Sequence record: PP456879.1
Length of the DNA stretch: 64,000 nucleotides
Reading direction: 5' to 3' (one strand)
The notes below the pieces were generated by a model. It did no database searches and was not told the origin of the DNA. It saw only the letters and a list, made by a program, of their open reading frames with translations. A program made the position numbers and the translations under genes. This document shows, piece by piece, positions 45,135-56,422 of the stretch (positions within the stretch are counted from its first letter, which is position 1; each line of letters starts with the position of its first letter).

Positions 45135-46673
45135 CTATAAACGCATCATGCGCATACTTTTAGTTTTACCCATGAAATGATTTTCTTTATTTCTAGCGTA
45201 TCTGCAATGATGAGGTATGTTATTACAAACCATGAATGTTAACCTTGGTATTACATCAGGCCAGTTCTTCAATGGTCTTAGTCGTCCAAGAATTTGGATG
45301 CTGTCCTTTTTAGAGTCAGTTGCTTGTAATAGAATAACTTCCCTTAAATTCCTAATATCAACACCAGTACCAGATGATTTAATAGTTGATACAGTGATAT
45401 CATTAGTCATTAATCTATCATACGGACTACCCGAAACATGTCTATTAATCTGAAGATCTGGATATTGTTTCTTAAGATAAGCTGTCAGTACATCGATAAA
45501 GTTTACAGTCGCGCATAATAGCAAACATTTCTGACCTTCAATACGATCCTTTATATAAACGCCATCTACAATACGTTTAACCATCTTTAAATAGAAGTCT
45601 AGTCGCCTAGGATTCTTCATCATTACTGTTTCATAACGAGCATGGTTATATGTATTTTTAAATGGAGTTAAATAGTCCTTAGGTTTAATAGTTGGTTCAC
45701 TATATAACAAGCCAATAACATTGATGTATGAGTCATATGCAGGTAACCTACACTTTGTAGTGGCAGGTAGCATGACATCAATCATTTTAGTAACAAACTG
45801 ATTACCAGTGTATGGAGTAGCTGATAAATAGATTTGTTTATTGACATTGGTATATAGATCAGTACGAAATACTAATCCTGGATCTTCTTGAATCTCATCA
45901 TTGATCTGCCAACCTGCTCCAATAACCTCATGGAATCTAGGTGGTGGTACATTAAATCCAACTACATCGATTTTTTCACCTAATCGTTCAAAAGTATCGA
46001 TATATGCACGGTATGTTGTAGAACTAATGAGAATAATTTCAACACCCTCTAAATCATTCTCTAGTCCGCGATTAATTAGATTCTGTAACTCAGCAGATCC
46101 AGATACTTTTAAATATTTTATACCTAGCTGATCTTCATAACCAACAAATGTTTCTTTTAATGCTTTCTCCCAAATACCGAAATATTTAGGTGGAATCATA
46201 ACAACACCACGTTCTTTCATTACTGCAACTGAAGCTAAACTAGTTAAGGTTTTACCTTTACCAGTCTGTAAATCAACACGTGCTGAATGTAAATGTGGTC
46301 TTAGAATATCTTCGCGGATGGTTTCCTGATAATCCCTTAGAACATAATGTTCAAATAAAGTATAGTCTACTTTAACAGCTGTTGGTACAGGAATATCTAC
46401 AATTTCAATTCTAGTAGATGGTATATTCTTATCGGCTAGATAATTAATAAGTTCTTGAAGACATTCACGATGGATGAATACAGATTTACCATCTTCTGTT
46501 TCACCATAATATTTTTTCTTTATTTCCATTATGGTGCGTTGACCAGGTATCTTCTTAGGTTCTTTTAAAACCAGTTTATTAAGATATCCAGTCATCTTTA
46601 AGTATGTTTCCCGATCGTAACCGGATAAACGAACACCATGGGTGTATCGTTCTGCTGTAAGAATCGGTTTCAT
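45135..46673 (-). CDS. Superfamily 2 helicase (UvsW/XPB-like), gp75-like
   Basis: Walker A QTGKGKT, DEIQ, LSATP, GTGVDI and QILGRLR motifs. Confidence 0.9.
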   Translation of the reverse strand: MKPILTAERYTHGVRLSGYDRETYLKMTGYLNKLVLKEPKKIPGQRTIMEIKKKYYGETEDGKSVFIHRECLQELINYLADKNIPSTRIEIVDIPVPTAVKVDYTLFEHYVLRDYQETIREDILRPHLHSARVDLQTGKGKTLTSLASVAVMKERGVVMIPPKYFGIWEKALKETFVGYEDQLGIKYLKVSGSAELQNLINRGLENDLEGVEIILISSTTYRAYIDTFERLGEKIDVVGFNVPPPRFHEVIGAGWQINDEIQEDPGLVFRTDLYTNVNKQIYLSATPYTGNQFVTKMIDVMLPATTKCRLPAYDSYINVIGLLYSEPTIKPKDYLTPFKNTYNHARYETVMMKNPRRLDFYLKMVKRIVDGVYIKDRIEGQKCLLLCATVNFIDVLTAYLKKQYPDLQINRHVSGSPYDRLMTNDITVSTIKSSGTGVDIRNLREVILLQATDSKKDSIQILGRLRPLKNWPDVIPRLTFMVCNNIPHHCRYARNKENHFMGKTKSMRMMRL

Positions 46674-46731
46674 AAAAAAATCAACGATCGGTAAGGGGAG
46701 CAGTGCTCCCCAAACCTCACGTCCTCCACGT

Positions 46732-48765
46732 CTATCGCAGTTTACCACCTTTAACTAGTAAGTCATATGGATGGTCATTCCTCATCTTGTTAAGGAAACT
46801 GCCTGGGTTATTTAGTGGCTCATGCTGCTTTTCGAAAGCCATCGCACCACCTAAACTACGACATTGCATTAGCCTATTATATTTTTCAAATTGGCCATTA
46901 ATACCGGGTTTAGGTAAGCGATAGTCTCGATATTGAGCTGAACGGATCATCATAGCGTATATCAAGATCTCACAATGGGAAATATTAAGGCTAATCTTTT
47001 CATTAGCCATTGTTGCAAATACAGGTAGTGCTTCAATTGGTGACTTGTAGTTTTTAAGATACGTTTTAGACGTATATCCAACTTTCTCAGTGCTTAGTTT
47101 ACCTGCCTCGGCTGAGTCACTACCGGAATGTAAGAAACTTTGGAATCGTTTCATTACTTCATACATGTTTACGTGCTTATTTGGTAGCGTTAAGAATGGT
47201 AGGTTAAAATCAAAACCACGAAGACTAATGACGATATTGTCTCGCTGATCTAGTTCCCAACGGACCATCTTAATATGCTTTAGCATTTCAATAGATAGAC
47301 TAGCCCTACGGTTATACAGCGACACAGTCAGAACATCACCACATTCACCATTCACCTCATCATCATAGACTAGGGCCAGGCTGGTTAGTTCAGTAGCTGA
47401 AGTAGCTGGATATGCAGTAAGGTCATCAATCATTAAAATGTCAGCAAGGTTTTCTGCCTCTGACCGTGCGATTACTAAACGATAATCCTTCTGAGTAAGT
47501 TCTTTCTTTAGATATAGTGTCTCTGGGATTTCACCTGTTCTTAAATAATTACTTTCAATTTTGCCAAGTTTATATTGTTCTACAGCAGAAGACGCATCGG
47601 TGTGTTTAGTAGACAATACTGCTGAAGTAATTTTGTCACCCATCGATACGGCAGCAACCTGACCGATATTAGTTCCTTTTGGAATATTGATACCTAGTCG
47701 GCCATAACAAGTCATACAGATACCCTGACTATCTGGATGATTACATCCAAATACAGACCTGAATTTCTGTTTAGTTCCAATTAGGTGTGTTTCATTTCCA
47801 CGGATCCAGTCTAGTTTACCATCTTCTTTTTGATAATATTTTCCTTTGAATGCTTTTAAAGTTAACTTAGTTACAGGATACTCAGCTAAGATTGTGGTCT
47901 TACAATCACCAGGATGTAGCCTTTGGACATATTGTGCAATAAGCTGAGATTTCCGGTTAAAGTATTCAGTTACTCGCAGTAGTTCTTTGTTATATAGTAG
48001 TGCTTTAGTACCTGAACGAGATTCAATCATATTCTCATACAGATTCCAAATACCATCAATATAACCAGTTGTTACCGGATATTTAAAGATATCTGAGTTA
48101 ATGTCAGTTGGAAAGCCCCGCCAAGCAAATGCTTGTAGAAGCTGTTCAGTTTTCTGAGTACCAGAACGAAGACCTTCAATGATGCTGTTACCAATGAATT
48201 GGGTAGGATCATTAAATACTTCTTTGACTTTACCATAACTAATTTTTTCGATACCATAAGTAGTTGGTTCGATATTATGGTTAGCCTCACGTACCTTGGG
48301 ATGATTATATACTTCAGCAATATCAAACATCGACAAGGTTGCTAGATATTCAGACAGTTTCACAGTGGTCTGATTATACAGCCAGTTCTTACCTTCAATA
48401 GCCAGTTTAGATAGTACTTCAGGATCTACTGTTTCACCTGACCAATCATAGATGTTCCAAATAGCCTTATTTAAATGCTTAACCATGGCCTTAGATGTTA
48501 CTCGGCCACCTTCAACATTTAGATAATCTTTAGGGTTATCAGTTAAGATGCGATTGAAATCGATATGGTGATCAGATGGAATTGGGCAATCTTTATAATG
48601 TTTAAGAGGATACCAACACAGAACGGATAATTTGGTAATACGGTCAACTGACACAACCGTTTTACCATCATCAAATTCGATTAGATGCCATTCTGAAGGG
48701 AGTGACCATAAATCATCATAACTTAGATTTAGAAGATCACGCGCTTTATAACGATTAAGATTCAT
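46732..48765 (-). CDS. Non-virion RNA polymerase beta'-like C-terminal subunit, gp74
   Basis: 677 aa, recognised as phiKZ gp74-type sequence; FRSVFGC..GICMTCYG Zn site and VLSTKHT trigger loop. Confidence 0.93.
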   Translation of the reverse strand: MNLNRYKARDLLNLSYDDLWSLPSEWHLIEFDDGKTVVSVDRITKLSVLCWYPLKHYKDCPIPSDHHIDFNRILTDNPKDYLNVEGGRVTSKAMVKHLNKAIWNIYDWSGETVDPEVLSKLAIEGKNWLYNQTTVKLSEYLATLSMFDIAEVYNHPKVREANHNIEPTTYGIEKISYGKVKEVFNDPTQFIGNSIIEGLRSGTQKTEQLLQAFAWRGFPTDINSDIFKYPVTTGYIDGIWNLYENMIESRSGTKALLYNKELLRVTEYFNRKSQLIAQYVQRLHPGDCKTTILAEYPVTKLTLKAFKGKYYQKEDGKLDWIRGNETHLIGTKQKFRSVFGCNHPDSQGICMTCYGRLGINIPKGTNIGQVAAVSMGDKITSAVLSTKHTDASSAVEQYKLGKIESNYLRTGEIPETLYLKKELTQKDYRLVIARSEAENLADILMIDDLTAYPATSATELTSLALVYDDEVNGECGDVLTVSLYNRRASLSIEMLKHIKMVRWELDQRDNIVISLRGFDFNLPFLTLPNKHVNMYEVMKRFQSFLHSGSDSAEAGKLSTEKVGYTSKTYLKNYKSPIEALPVFATMANEKISLNISHCEILIYAMMIRSAQYRDYRLPKPGINGQFEKYNRLMQCRSLGGAMAFEKQHEPLNNPGSFLNKMRNDHPYDLLVKGGKLR

Positions 48766-48795
48766 TATTTACCTCTTGTATTATTAAACCCCTGA

Positions 48796-49719
48796 TCAAT
48801 GATCAGGGGCATATTCTAATGCAATACCACTACATTCAAGCAGGTGATCAAACATAGCTACTGGGCGAGATCCACCAAATGGAATCTTTTCACGATCAAC
48901 TGCAACTGGTACAGATGAAGGTTTTTCTGCTGTTAGCCAAGACTCGATAACCGCAGCATGCGCCAATGGGTTATTAGTTTGGTCTAAGATTTCAGCAGTC
49001 GGACCTGGACCAACTGTACAGTTATATGACCGAGTTTCAGATTCACCGAATGACCGGATAGCTGTTTCTCGACCAGGTGTGCTAGCCCTATCAGCATTGT
49101 TTAACTTAGAAGGTAGACCAAATGGTTGTGTTTTTACAGATGCTGCTGCTGACCAGTCTTCACCAATCTTTTCTAGTAGCATCATGTAAAGTGGACCCAT
49201 TAAGACATTATCTTTAGTTGTTACCCACTTACCAGCTTGATCTCGATAAGATACCTTCCCATAGTGTGGTCGATACTTATCGCTATTAATTAATTTGTTG
49301 ACTGCTGCCATTAGATCCACTGGATCATCAACTGGTGCGTAGATATATGGGAATCCATCCATTAGTACTGTTTTAACATGTTCTGCTGGATTTGGGTGTT
49401 CCATCATTTTACTATGCATTGTTGGAGCAATGATCTCATAGAAACCTAATAGTTCTTTAAATGCATAATCAACCCATTGCGTATTACCCATTACACTATT
49501 TAGTTGTTGCTGGGTTGGTTTGGCATGTCGATCTAGTCCAGCTTCAACGCGTAGGCGTTGAGCTAGATCTCGTGCAGCTGCGCCAAAACCATGTTCATAA
49601 ATTCGACCATAATTTGAACGACGCATGGTTGAACCACCAAAGATAATTAGATCTGCCCTATTACCATTTTCGTCAATAGGCATATCTTCATCTTCCATTA
49701 CCTTACAGATGACGCCCTT
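48796..49719 (-). CDS. Non-virion RNAP beta-like subunit gp71-73, exon 2
   Basis: Begins AAG GGC GTC ATC (KGVICKV), completing the HG.KG motif; later GPLYMMLLEK and FGESE. Confidence 0.9.
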   Translation of the reverse strand, partial: KGVICKVMEDEDMPIDENGNRADLIIFGGSTMRRSNYGRIYEHGFGAAARDLAQRLRVEAGLDRHAKPTQQQLNSVMGNTQWVDYAFKELLGFYEIIAPTMHSKMMEHPNPAEHVKTVLMDGFPYIYAPVDDPVDLMAAVNKLINSDKYRPHYGKVSYRDQAGKWVTTKDNVLMGPLYMMLLEKIGEDWSAAASVKTQPFGLPSKLNNADRASTPGRETAIRSFGESETRSYNCTVGPGPTAEILDQTNNPLAHAAVIESWLTAEKPSSVPVAVDREKIPFGGSRPVAMFDHLLECSGIALEYAPDH

Positions 49720-50026
49720 CGTTATGTTCAGGTAAGTTCGCTACGCTTACCCCGCCTCTCGTATTGCAGGCAGCTGCATGTCACCATGCAGACCAGACTA
49801 TATCTTAACCTTCACCCTAGGTGGTCAGGTCCCTCCCATTTCCACTCGCTTGAGTGTACTCCGCGTAACCGGATAGTCGTTGAACGTTCAATCCATTTCT
49901 GGAAAGCTTCGCTGCTGATTGTCTCATTGAGATGTCCCAGCAATTAGAGAGGATTTACTTGACTCTTTCGAGATCAAGCAGGCAATTTGACAATATCCAT
50001 TCCTGAGAGATGGATGGATATTAATT
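49720..50026 (-). mobile_element. Group I self-splicing intron, 307 nt, with no homing endonuclease ORF
   Basis: 5' splice site after U of GGU with U.G pair in P1 (GGU|AAUU...AAUUGCC); Q AAUCAGCAG; R GUUCAACGACUA; S AAGAUAUAGUC; ends UGAACAUAACG; removal restores FHGG|KGVI in frame. Confidence 0.92.
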
Positions 50027-51205
50027 ACCACCATGAAAATCAGTCATCTTGAAAGCACCAGCAGGCATCTTTTGGGCTTTGTAAGTTACTTCGACTCGCC
50101 ATTCATCTAGTGGGTCTAGTCGATAGAATCGAGATAGTTTACGGACATTATCAGGTTGAGGTAGGAACATCTGTGCAGTTACAATAAGACGTTCAAATTC
50201 CTCAGTGATATGTAGATCATCTTTACGACGTGCTAATAGACCACGATAGATCTTTAATAGTTCTCGATAATAACTGCTAAGATGAGTATGATATTTAACT
50301 AGTTGTGCATCCATTCCTGTTGGAGTAGGGGATGGATTTACACGCTCATCACGCCAAATATCAATATCAATAACCTTCGCACCAGGTGTGCCAATAACAG
50401 CTCTATCGAAAGTTCTATCTAGTGTACGAAGTGCCCTAGGAGTCATCTCGGCAGGAGCTAGATCATCATCATGGTCACGGATGGCGAAGATTACACCATC
50501 TGGTCGGATAACATCGCCAATGTCTGGGAATGGTTTATAGACCTTATCATCGCCATACATGTTTAAGAAGAAAGCTTTCCTACCAGCATTAGCTACAGCC
50601 GTGCTATAACTAGTTGGCATCATCCTTTTAAGGAAATTCTTATTAGCTACGAATCCATCTTCAATGGTACCAGCGGCAGATAGGAATACAACATTAGCAT
50701 TAACACCCATCCCTAAAGTACCGTCTTTCTTAACTGCACCAGACTGTGCAATCACTGTGTCTTTAGAGAACATTTCATTTGGGGCAATGGTTTCCCACAC
50801 TTCTCGATTCTTTACAAGTTCATAACCAAAGTCTTGGTGATGACTCATGTACTCGGGAACATGTAAGACACCAATGGTTTTATATTTGTCAAAATAGTTT
50901 TCGTAGATAATAGTTGTTACCGGGTTAGATCTAATACTGTCTTTACCAATACCCGTTGGATATTTTCTAAGAACATGTAGTACACGACAATCCTCAGGAA
51001 AACGAACATCATGTGTATACTTGGCATACTCTAATTCAGCACCCGTTAGGAAATAACGCGATTCATTTCCATTTACTTCTGGTGCCTGGCCAATATGTGT
51101 TACAAACATAGCACCCCGTGCAGATGAGGTAGTGCCATACCAAGGATCTAAACCAGTATGCCCTAATAGGGTTAGATCAATTTCACGTTTACCTAGTTCA
51201 GCCAT
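50027..51205 (-). CDS. Non-virion RNAP beta-like subunit gp71-73, exon 1 (spliced product about 700 aa)
   Basis: SSARGAMF...IEDGFV beta-subunit motifs; ends KMTDFHGG at the intron. Confidence 0.9.
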
Positions 51206-51343
51206 TTTGTTTATCACCATTAATTAGACAAGATGCAGTACTACTATATTTCTTATTTGCGCTGTTTTTAGATATAGCCTTTTGTAAGACTTCAATGTCT
51301 GGTATCACCAATCTCATACCTCCTGTTTACTAATTACAAATCA

Positions 51344-51360
51344 ATGATATAGATCTTAAA
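51344..51360 (-). promoter_or_regulatory. Early-type promoter candidate upstream of gp71-73
   Basis: Minus strand TTTAAGATCTATATCAT, resembling the 56423 copy. Confidence 0.5.
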
Positions 51361-51381
51361 TAAAATTTATTGGAATTTATT

Positions 51382-51744
51382 ATGGCATTCACACTGTTAG
51401 CTAATCAGCCAGATTCAGGTGAATCTGTTTATTATGAACCAGGGTTCAGATTAATTATTGAGACTCATTTGAATATCTTACGTAATGTCAGATCCACACG
51501 TATTCAAATTCCACCTGAACTGTATTACCAGTTCGAAGGAAACTTTTATGGATACATGGCAGAACGCCGTGTCAATCCTGATATGTGGTGGATTCAAATG
51601 CGTGTTAATGGTTTAGTTAGCCCTTATGATTTTGGTAAAGTTCTAAGGGATCCTTCAGCTAATGATTACACCAGCTATTTAATCATACCGAATAACGACA
51701 TGATTCAACACCTCGTTAGCTTATATCAAACTAAAAAGTTTTAA
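51382..51744 (+). CDS. Conserved hypothetical protein, about 120 aa (possibly LysM/gp53-like baseplate wedge)
   Basis: Plus-strand ORF ending at a bidirectional terminator; W...RVNG...P pattern. Confidence 0.7.
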   Translation: MAFTLLANQPDSGESVYYEPGFRLIIETHLNILRNVRSTRIQIPPELYYQFEGNFYGYMAERRVNPDMWWIQMRVNGLVSPYDFGKVLRDPSANDYTSYLIIPNNDMIQHLVSLYQTKKF

Positions 51745-51750
51745 AGCAAG

Positions 51751-51784
51751 CCAGGGGACCCTTAGGCCCCCTGGTTTATGCCGT
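51751..51784. terminator. Bidirectional terminator
   Basis: CCAGGGGACC-CTTA-GGCCCCCTGG-TTTATGCCGT. Confidence 0.7.
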
Positions 51785-51785
51785 G

Positions 51786-53165
51786 TTACAGTAGACGACC
51801 CATCATTTGGTTTCCACCTAGATTCATCATCGCGGTGTTACCATTACCAGCTAGAGCGGGGTTTAGTGCTTGTGCAAATCCACCACCCATCGGCATTTGA
51901 TTGCCCATGAGTTGCATCATTTGCGGATGCATATTAGCCATCATTGGCTGCTGTGGCTGCATCATCCCAGGCATTGCAAAGTTATTGTTCATCATAACAG
52001 GTTGTTGCATCATTCCGGGTTGAGCAAATTGGTTTTTCTGCCCAGCGTTTAGAAGATCTTGGATAGATGCTTTATTGCTAGTTTGAACTTGTTGTGCGGG
52101 ACGTTGAGGTGCCTGAGTCATTGCTACAGCTTGACTCATAGATGGATTAACATTCACAGTTGTGCCTACTGGTACACGTGTAGAAGTAGTTTGTTCTTTA
52201 GCAGTATTACCCACTTTAACTACACTATCCTTTTTCTGGACAGGAATTTGGGCAACTGGGTTTACAGTTTCAGAAGCTTCTTCTTCTACTTCATTGCTGA
52301 CTCCTTCATTACCATCAAGAGAGGGGATCTCACGTTGCATCTTTGCAAAATCAGCAATCACCTTCTCATCAACTTTTGAATAAGGTTGAATAGCATCATC
52401 GAAGATCAGGCGATACTTATCAATAACACTATTTAGTTGAGTAGTGATTTTGTTAAATGCCTGGATAAGACATACAAAATAAGGTGCTACCCGCTCAACT
52501 GTTCCTGCTGAATATTCAGTTGGTGAATCACCAAATGGTACAACTAGTTTAAATAGTTCGATTAGAACTGGCCGCTGTTTCTTAGGTACATTTACTCCAA
52601 GGATATCATCTTTAGAATAAAGATCCTCTACGATAGGGAACCGAATAACGCAGATACGGTTAACTGTCTTCCCATCAAATTTACCATTTGCTTTTAGATA
52701 CACGCTTACAAAACGTGAACGTTTTTCAGCAGCTTTGACAACCTTATTAAACCACTCAATGGTATCTGGCTTAGCACCGGATAGTTTCTTTAGGAAGTCT
52801 GAACATTCTGGTGGAATGTCTTTATGCAGAGTGGAGTCGGCAGCTACTTCTAAAATACGTGAAGTAAGATACTTCACAGTAAACATTAGATTAGCCTTAA
52901 CTTGACGCTGCATATGCTGTAGTACTTGAGAAGTACCTAGCCGAGAGATCTTTTCAGATAGCGGGTGGAAGGCGATGTAATCATCGCCTAGCCCTTTACG
53001 AAGCCAATCTTTAGTAGGTACCACTAGTCGCTTACCATCTACCTTTGCAGGTGCAGGTCGACCAAGTGGATCGAGAATACTGATCATATCCTCTTCACCT
53101 ACTTTGTATCGGAAAGCAGGTAATACTTGATCACTATAGAACTTGGAAAGAGAAATCGTAGGCAT
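51786..53165 (-). CDS. Phage-nucleus-associated core protein, gp70-like, with Q/M/N-rich disordered tail
   Basis: Lies between PicA and nvRNAP beta; low-complexity C-terminus. Confidence 0.75.
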   Translation of the reverse strand: MPTISLSKFYSDQVLPAFRYKVGEEDMISILDPLGRPAPAKVDGKRLVVPTKDWLRKGLGDDYIAFHPLSEKISRLGTSQVLQHMQRQVKANLMFTVKYLTSRILEVAADSTLHKDIPPECSDFLKKLSGAKPDTIEWFNKVVKAAEKRSRFVSVYLKANGKFDGKTVNRICVIRFPIVEDLYSKDDILGVNVPKKQRPVLIELFKLVVPFGDSPTEYSAGTVERVAPYFVCLIQAFNKITTQLNSVIDKYRLIFDDAIQPYSKVDEKVIADFAKMQREIPSLDGNEGVSNEVEEEASETVNPVAQIPVQKKDSVVKVGNTAKEQTTSTRVPVGTTVNVNPSMSQAVAMTQAPQRPAQQVQTSNKASIQDLLNAGQKNQFAQPGMMQQPVMMNNNFAMPGMMQPQQPMMANMHPQMMQLMGNQMPMGGGFAQALNPALAGNGNTAMMNLGGNQMMGRLL

Positions 53166-54807
53166 TGTTATCACCAAATTTAGGATTGATTTGAGCAGGT
53201 TGAGCTACAGGATGTTGATACGGTTGCATGTTAACCGGCTGACCACTACTGTTTAGAATGTTTTGTTGAGTCTTAGTTGGGATAACATTCTTAACAAGAT
53301 AGGTAAGGTCATTAGAGATCATAGCCGGTGCAGATGCATCCCGAGTAATGACTGGACTAAACAGACTATCAATGAAGGTCGGTGCGATGAATCGTTCTAC
53401 CGATTCATGATTTAGACTGATATCAATAACAGTATCACCAGCTAAGTCAGAGTGCATGGAAATTTTAAACGGAATCTGGTTACCATAAGAGATACTGTTA
53501 ATCGCATCGGTAATAAGACGACGTTCAAAGTCATTAATCTGTGGAGTCATATCAATTCCATCCATGATACTCCTGGTACCATTTGGATGCATTTCGAATA
53601 GATAGTTATTCGCTCCATGTCCATTTGTAATTGCAAAGGAGGTTACCCGGAAATAGTTATCCATCATGATTGCTGGAACTACTTGTGCAAGTAGAGATGC
53701 TGCAACAGTGTGATGATCTGCACCACCCCAATGCATGGAATGCTCTGCTCGGTTAACGAAGCGTTGAGAATTACCATTATCCATACCAGCTTTAACTACA
53801 CCATCAACCAGTAGTTCAGGGAATACTCGTTGTAGGTCAGCCAGTGTAACAAAGCCACGTTCCATGTAATTGCAGCGTTCTTTTAGAATGCGCATGAACA
53901 TATTGGAATGGATATCTTGATTTCGAAGTACAGCTGATGCATCACCTAGCATCACTTCATCAGAGACACCTCCAAAGATATTATCGTTATCATTATTAGC
54001 CATCTCAGCTTCTTTAACAGAATGCTGCCATGCATTAAGAGTACTGGATAGATAACGAGTAGGAGAAGTATCGCGGCGATTTGAATATTGGAAAGTACCT
54101 GCTTCACCAACACTGGAGCGTTGGTCAATGATCCGGTCAAATACGCCTTGATGTAGTCCAGTTGATTCAATGCGTTTAGCTACTTGCATCGTTTGCTGAA
54201 TCTGGAAAACATCTTCTGGTCGTTGGAGATATGATGAAGTTCCAGTATACATGCTAAACCCGTTCTGAGGGATAGTAATATCACTCATGATATCGACGGG
54301 TGCAAGGATCTGGTTAGAACCTAGGATATGTGCTTGTTTGATTACCCCAAACTCAGTTGGTCGTTGACGCTCTACAATAACAGTTTCACTATTAAAATAG
54401 ATACGCATGTTAGGATCTAGACTATTGCTAAGCGGACTAATAGAGCAATGGTCAGAGCAACCAAATAGAATCCGGCAAGTACGGGTATTACCAAAGAAAC
54501 GGTTATTCTCCCATACTTTCATCATGAACCTAAACCGACGCTCACCCCAACCATTGACGATAGGGACTTCGCCTTGAGTTTGAGCACGTGGTGCAATCAC
54601 ATCTGCTGCAATTTGCTGCACAGCTGCAACACCTAGATTACGACCATCATTAGTTGCTTCTTTTAAACGTTCAATAGAGTTCTCAGTGACCTCTACAGTA
54701 AATGGTCGAACATGTTCAGGTTGATAAGTACCAGTCTGTACTAGAATGAATGATTCAATCTGTACTTCAGTATTACCGCCCATTGCTGAATTATTAAAAC
54801 CTAACAT
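53134..54807 (-). CDS. picA: Phage nucleus protein import factor PicA/Imp1, gp69-like
   Basis: Directly downstream of gp68 in the conserved ChmC-gp68-PicA-gp70 block; GAGG SD; assigned by synteny. Confidence 0.7.
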   Translation of the reverse strand: MLGFNNSAMGGNTEVQIESFILVQTGTYQPEHVRPFTVEVTENSIERLKEATNDGRNLGVAAVQQIAADVIAPRAQTQGEVPIVNGWGERRFRFMMKVWENNRFFGNTRTCRILFGCSDHCSISPLSNSLDPNMRIYFNSETVIVERQRPTEFGVIKQAHILGSNQILAPVDIMSDITIPQNGFSMYTGTSSYLQRPEDVFQIQQTMQVAKRIESTGLHQGVFDRIIDQRSSVGEAGTFQYSNRRDTSPTRYLSSTLNAWQHSVKEAEMANNDNDNIFGGVSDEVMLGDASAVLRNQDIHSNMFMRILKERCNYMERGFVTLADLQRVFPELLVDGVVKAGMDNGNSQRFVNRAEHSMHWGGADHHTVAASLLAQVVPAIMMDNYFRVTSFAITNGHGANNYLFEMHPNGTRSIMDGIDMTPQINDFERRLITDAINSISYGNQIPFKISMHSDLAGDTVIDISLNHESVERFIAPTFIDSLFSPVITRDASAPAMISNDLTYLVKNVIPTKTQQNILNSSGQPVNMQPYQHPVAQPAQINPKFGDNNAYDFSFQVL

Positions 54808-54823
54808 AGAACTACCTCAATTA

Positions 54824-56389
54824 TTACTGATTAAGTTTACCCAGATGAATTACCAGTTCGGTGATCACCGACTTAATTGTGGCCGGTACAACAAGGACTT
54901 TATTCTGAGTTACCTGTTCTGCTTCTTTGAATAAACGATCGGGTCCATGATAGATCCAGTTACTAGATCTAATGGATGCATGTGCAGATTGCACAGCAAT
55001 GCCCGCAATATTTACAGGTGCTACTGGAACACCGTTAATAGCTCGTTGTTGTCGCTGATGTGGATAAAGTTCATCCATCACATCCTTATATTTAATTTGA
55101 ATACGTGTACTATTACGTGGTTGAATGGACATTGCATGTTCACCACTATAATACAACTCTACTTGCATAAATACAGCAACTTGTTGGAAACCCCAATGCC
55201 ACATTAGTGACTGAGCTGCTGCCAACAAATGGTTAACTGCATTTTTATTAATGTGGCTGAATGCTCTTGCAGGGAAAGCTTTGTGCATCACCCATTGTGC
55301 AAGTAATATCTGGTGTGGATAGATATCTTTAGTAGCTGTAACTGCAACGCAATCTAGACATTCCTGAATTAACTCTACTGGGACAGTGTCATCGATTTTG
55401 TGAACCAGTTTAACTACATCAAGAGCATCTAAGTTATAAGCTACGATATCACCAGGAGTAACTCGCTGTTTAGTTTTATGCGATTCGATAAATGATGTTT
55501 TATCATCATCATCAATACCACCTTTATCTGGCCGTTTATCATTAACCCGGTCAGCAGTTGATCGTTCCGCAGGGTTTAGATTTGACTTAACATATCTAAA
55601 CATATTTGAAACGATGGAATGTGAGGTGACATCGTTTAATGGTAGGATGGTTAATCGCCTAACCATAACTTTAGCCTGTAAGATATCCGGCACTTCAGCT
55701 GAACTCATACCCCTATAAAGGTTGGCTAAGGTGGGTGCTTCATCTTCTACACAAAACTTAACATATGCACTTAGCTTATCATAAGCTGTTTCTACTGGAG
55801 TTCCATCGATTGATATTTCATCAACAGGCCAATGGTTAACCTCACAATCCGAGATGAGACTAATTACTTCACACTCTTTATGCATTTCCTGAGAAGTGCC
55901 CTGATCAATAAACTCGCCCCAAATAGGTACTAAAGGACGAAGAGCTAGTGATACAGATGCAAGGTTAATATAGTCATGTTTCAGATATGTTTGATCTGGT
56001 CGATTATATCGTGAATCATCAGTGATAACTTCTTCAATATCTACTGGAATATAAAGTTTACCAATAGTTAGTAGCCATCGCCGAAAACTGTTCATCGGCA
56101 TGGCTTTATACATCTCTTTGATGTAATAGGATAGACTCATTGCAATCCTCATCGGATCCATAGCCATATCCATGATCTTACGAATTTCTACATAACAATT
56201 CCAGATATGTTGTTGTGTCTCAGCACTTAGGCCACTCCAATAATCATTGATTTCTTGGAATACGCGTTGTTGATCTTGTACACGGATTTTACTATAAGCC
56301 GTAGTTGTCCAAGTTAAACGTTTACCATTGTGTTCTGTAGCCACTTCAGTAAAACCAGTACCTTGAACTCCTGTAACGATGATTTGCAT
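54824..56389 (-). CDS. Non-virion RNAP promoter-specificity (sigma-like) subunit gp68, 521 aa
   Basis: AGAGG SD before MQIIVTG; length and position match recalled phiKZ gp68. Confidence 0.85.
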   Translation of the reverse strand: MQIIVTGVQGTGFTEVATEHNGKRLTWTTTAYSKIRVQDQQRVFQEINDYWSGLSAETQQHIWNCYVEIRKIMDMAMDPMRIAMSLSYYIKEMYKAMPMNSFRRWLLTIGKLYIPVDIEEVITDDSRYNRPDQTYLKHDYINLASVSLALRPLVPIWGEFIDQGTSQEMHKECEVISLISDCEVNHWPVDEISIDGTPVETAYDKLSAYVKFCVEDEAPTLANLYRGMSSAEVPDILQAKVMVRRLTILPLNDVTSHSIVSNMFRYVKSNLNPAERSTADRVNDKRPDKGGIDDDDKTSFIESHKTKQRVTPGDIVAYNLDALDVVKLVHKIDDTVPVELIQECLDCVAVTATKDIYPHQILLAQWVMHKAFPARAFSHINKNAVNHLLAAAQSLMWHWGFQQVAVFMQVELYYSGEHAMSIQPRNSTRIQIKYKDVMDELYPHQRQQRAINGVPVAPVNIAGIAVQSAHASIRSSNWIYHGPDRLFKEAEQVTQNKVLVVPATIKSVITELVIHLGKLNQ

Positions 56390-56422
56390 TTTAACCTCTT
56401 TTACCAATGTAGATACATGTTA

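Noticed and set aside
48796-49698. Track ORF of 300 aa treated as an independent gene, and 50021..51220 ending in N-stop
   Set aside because: These are the two exons of one gene separated by a group I intron.
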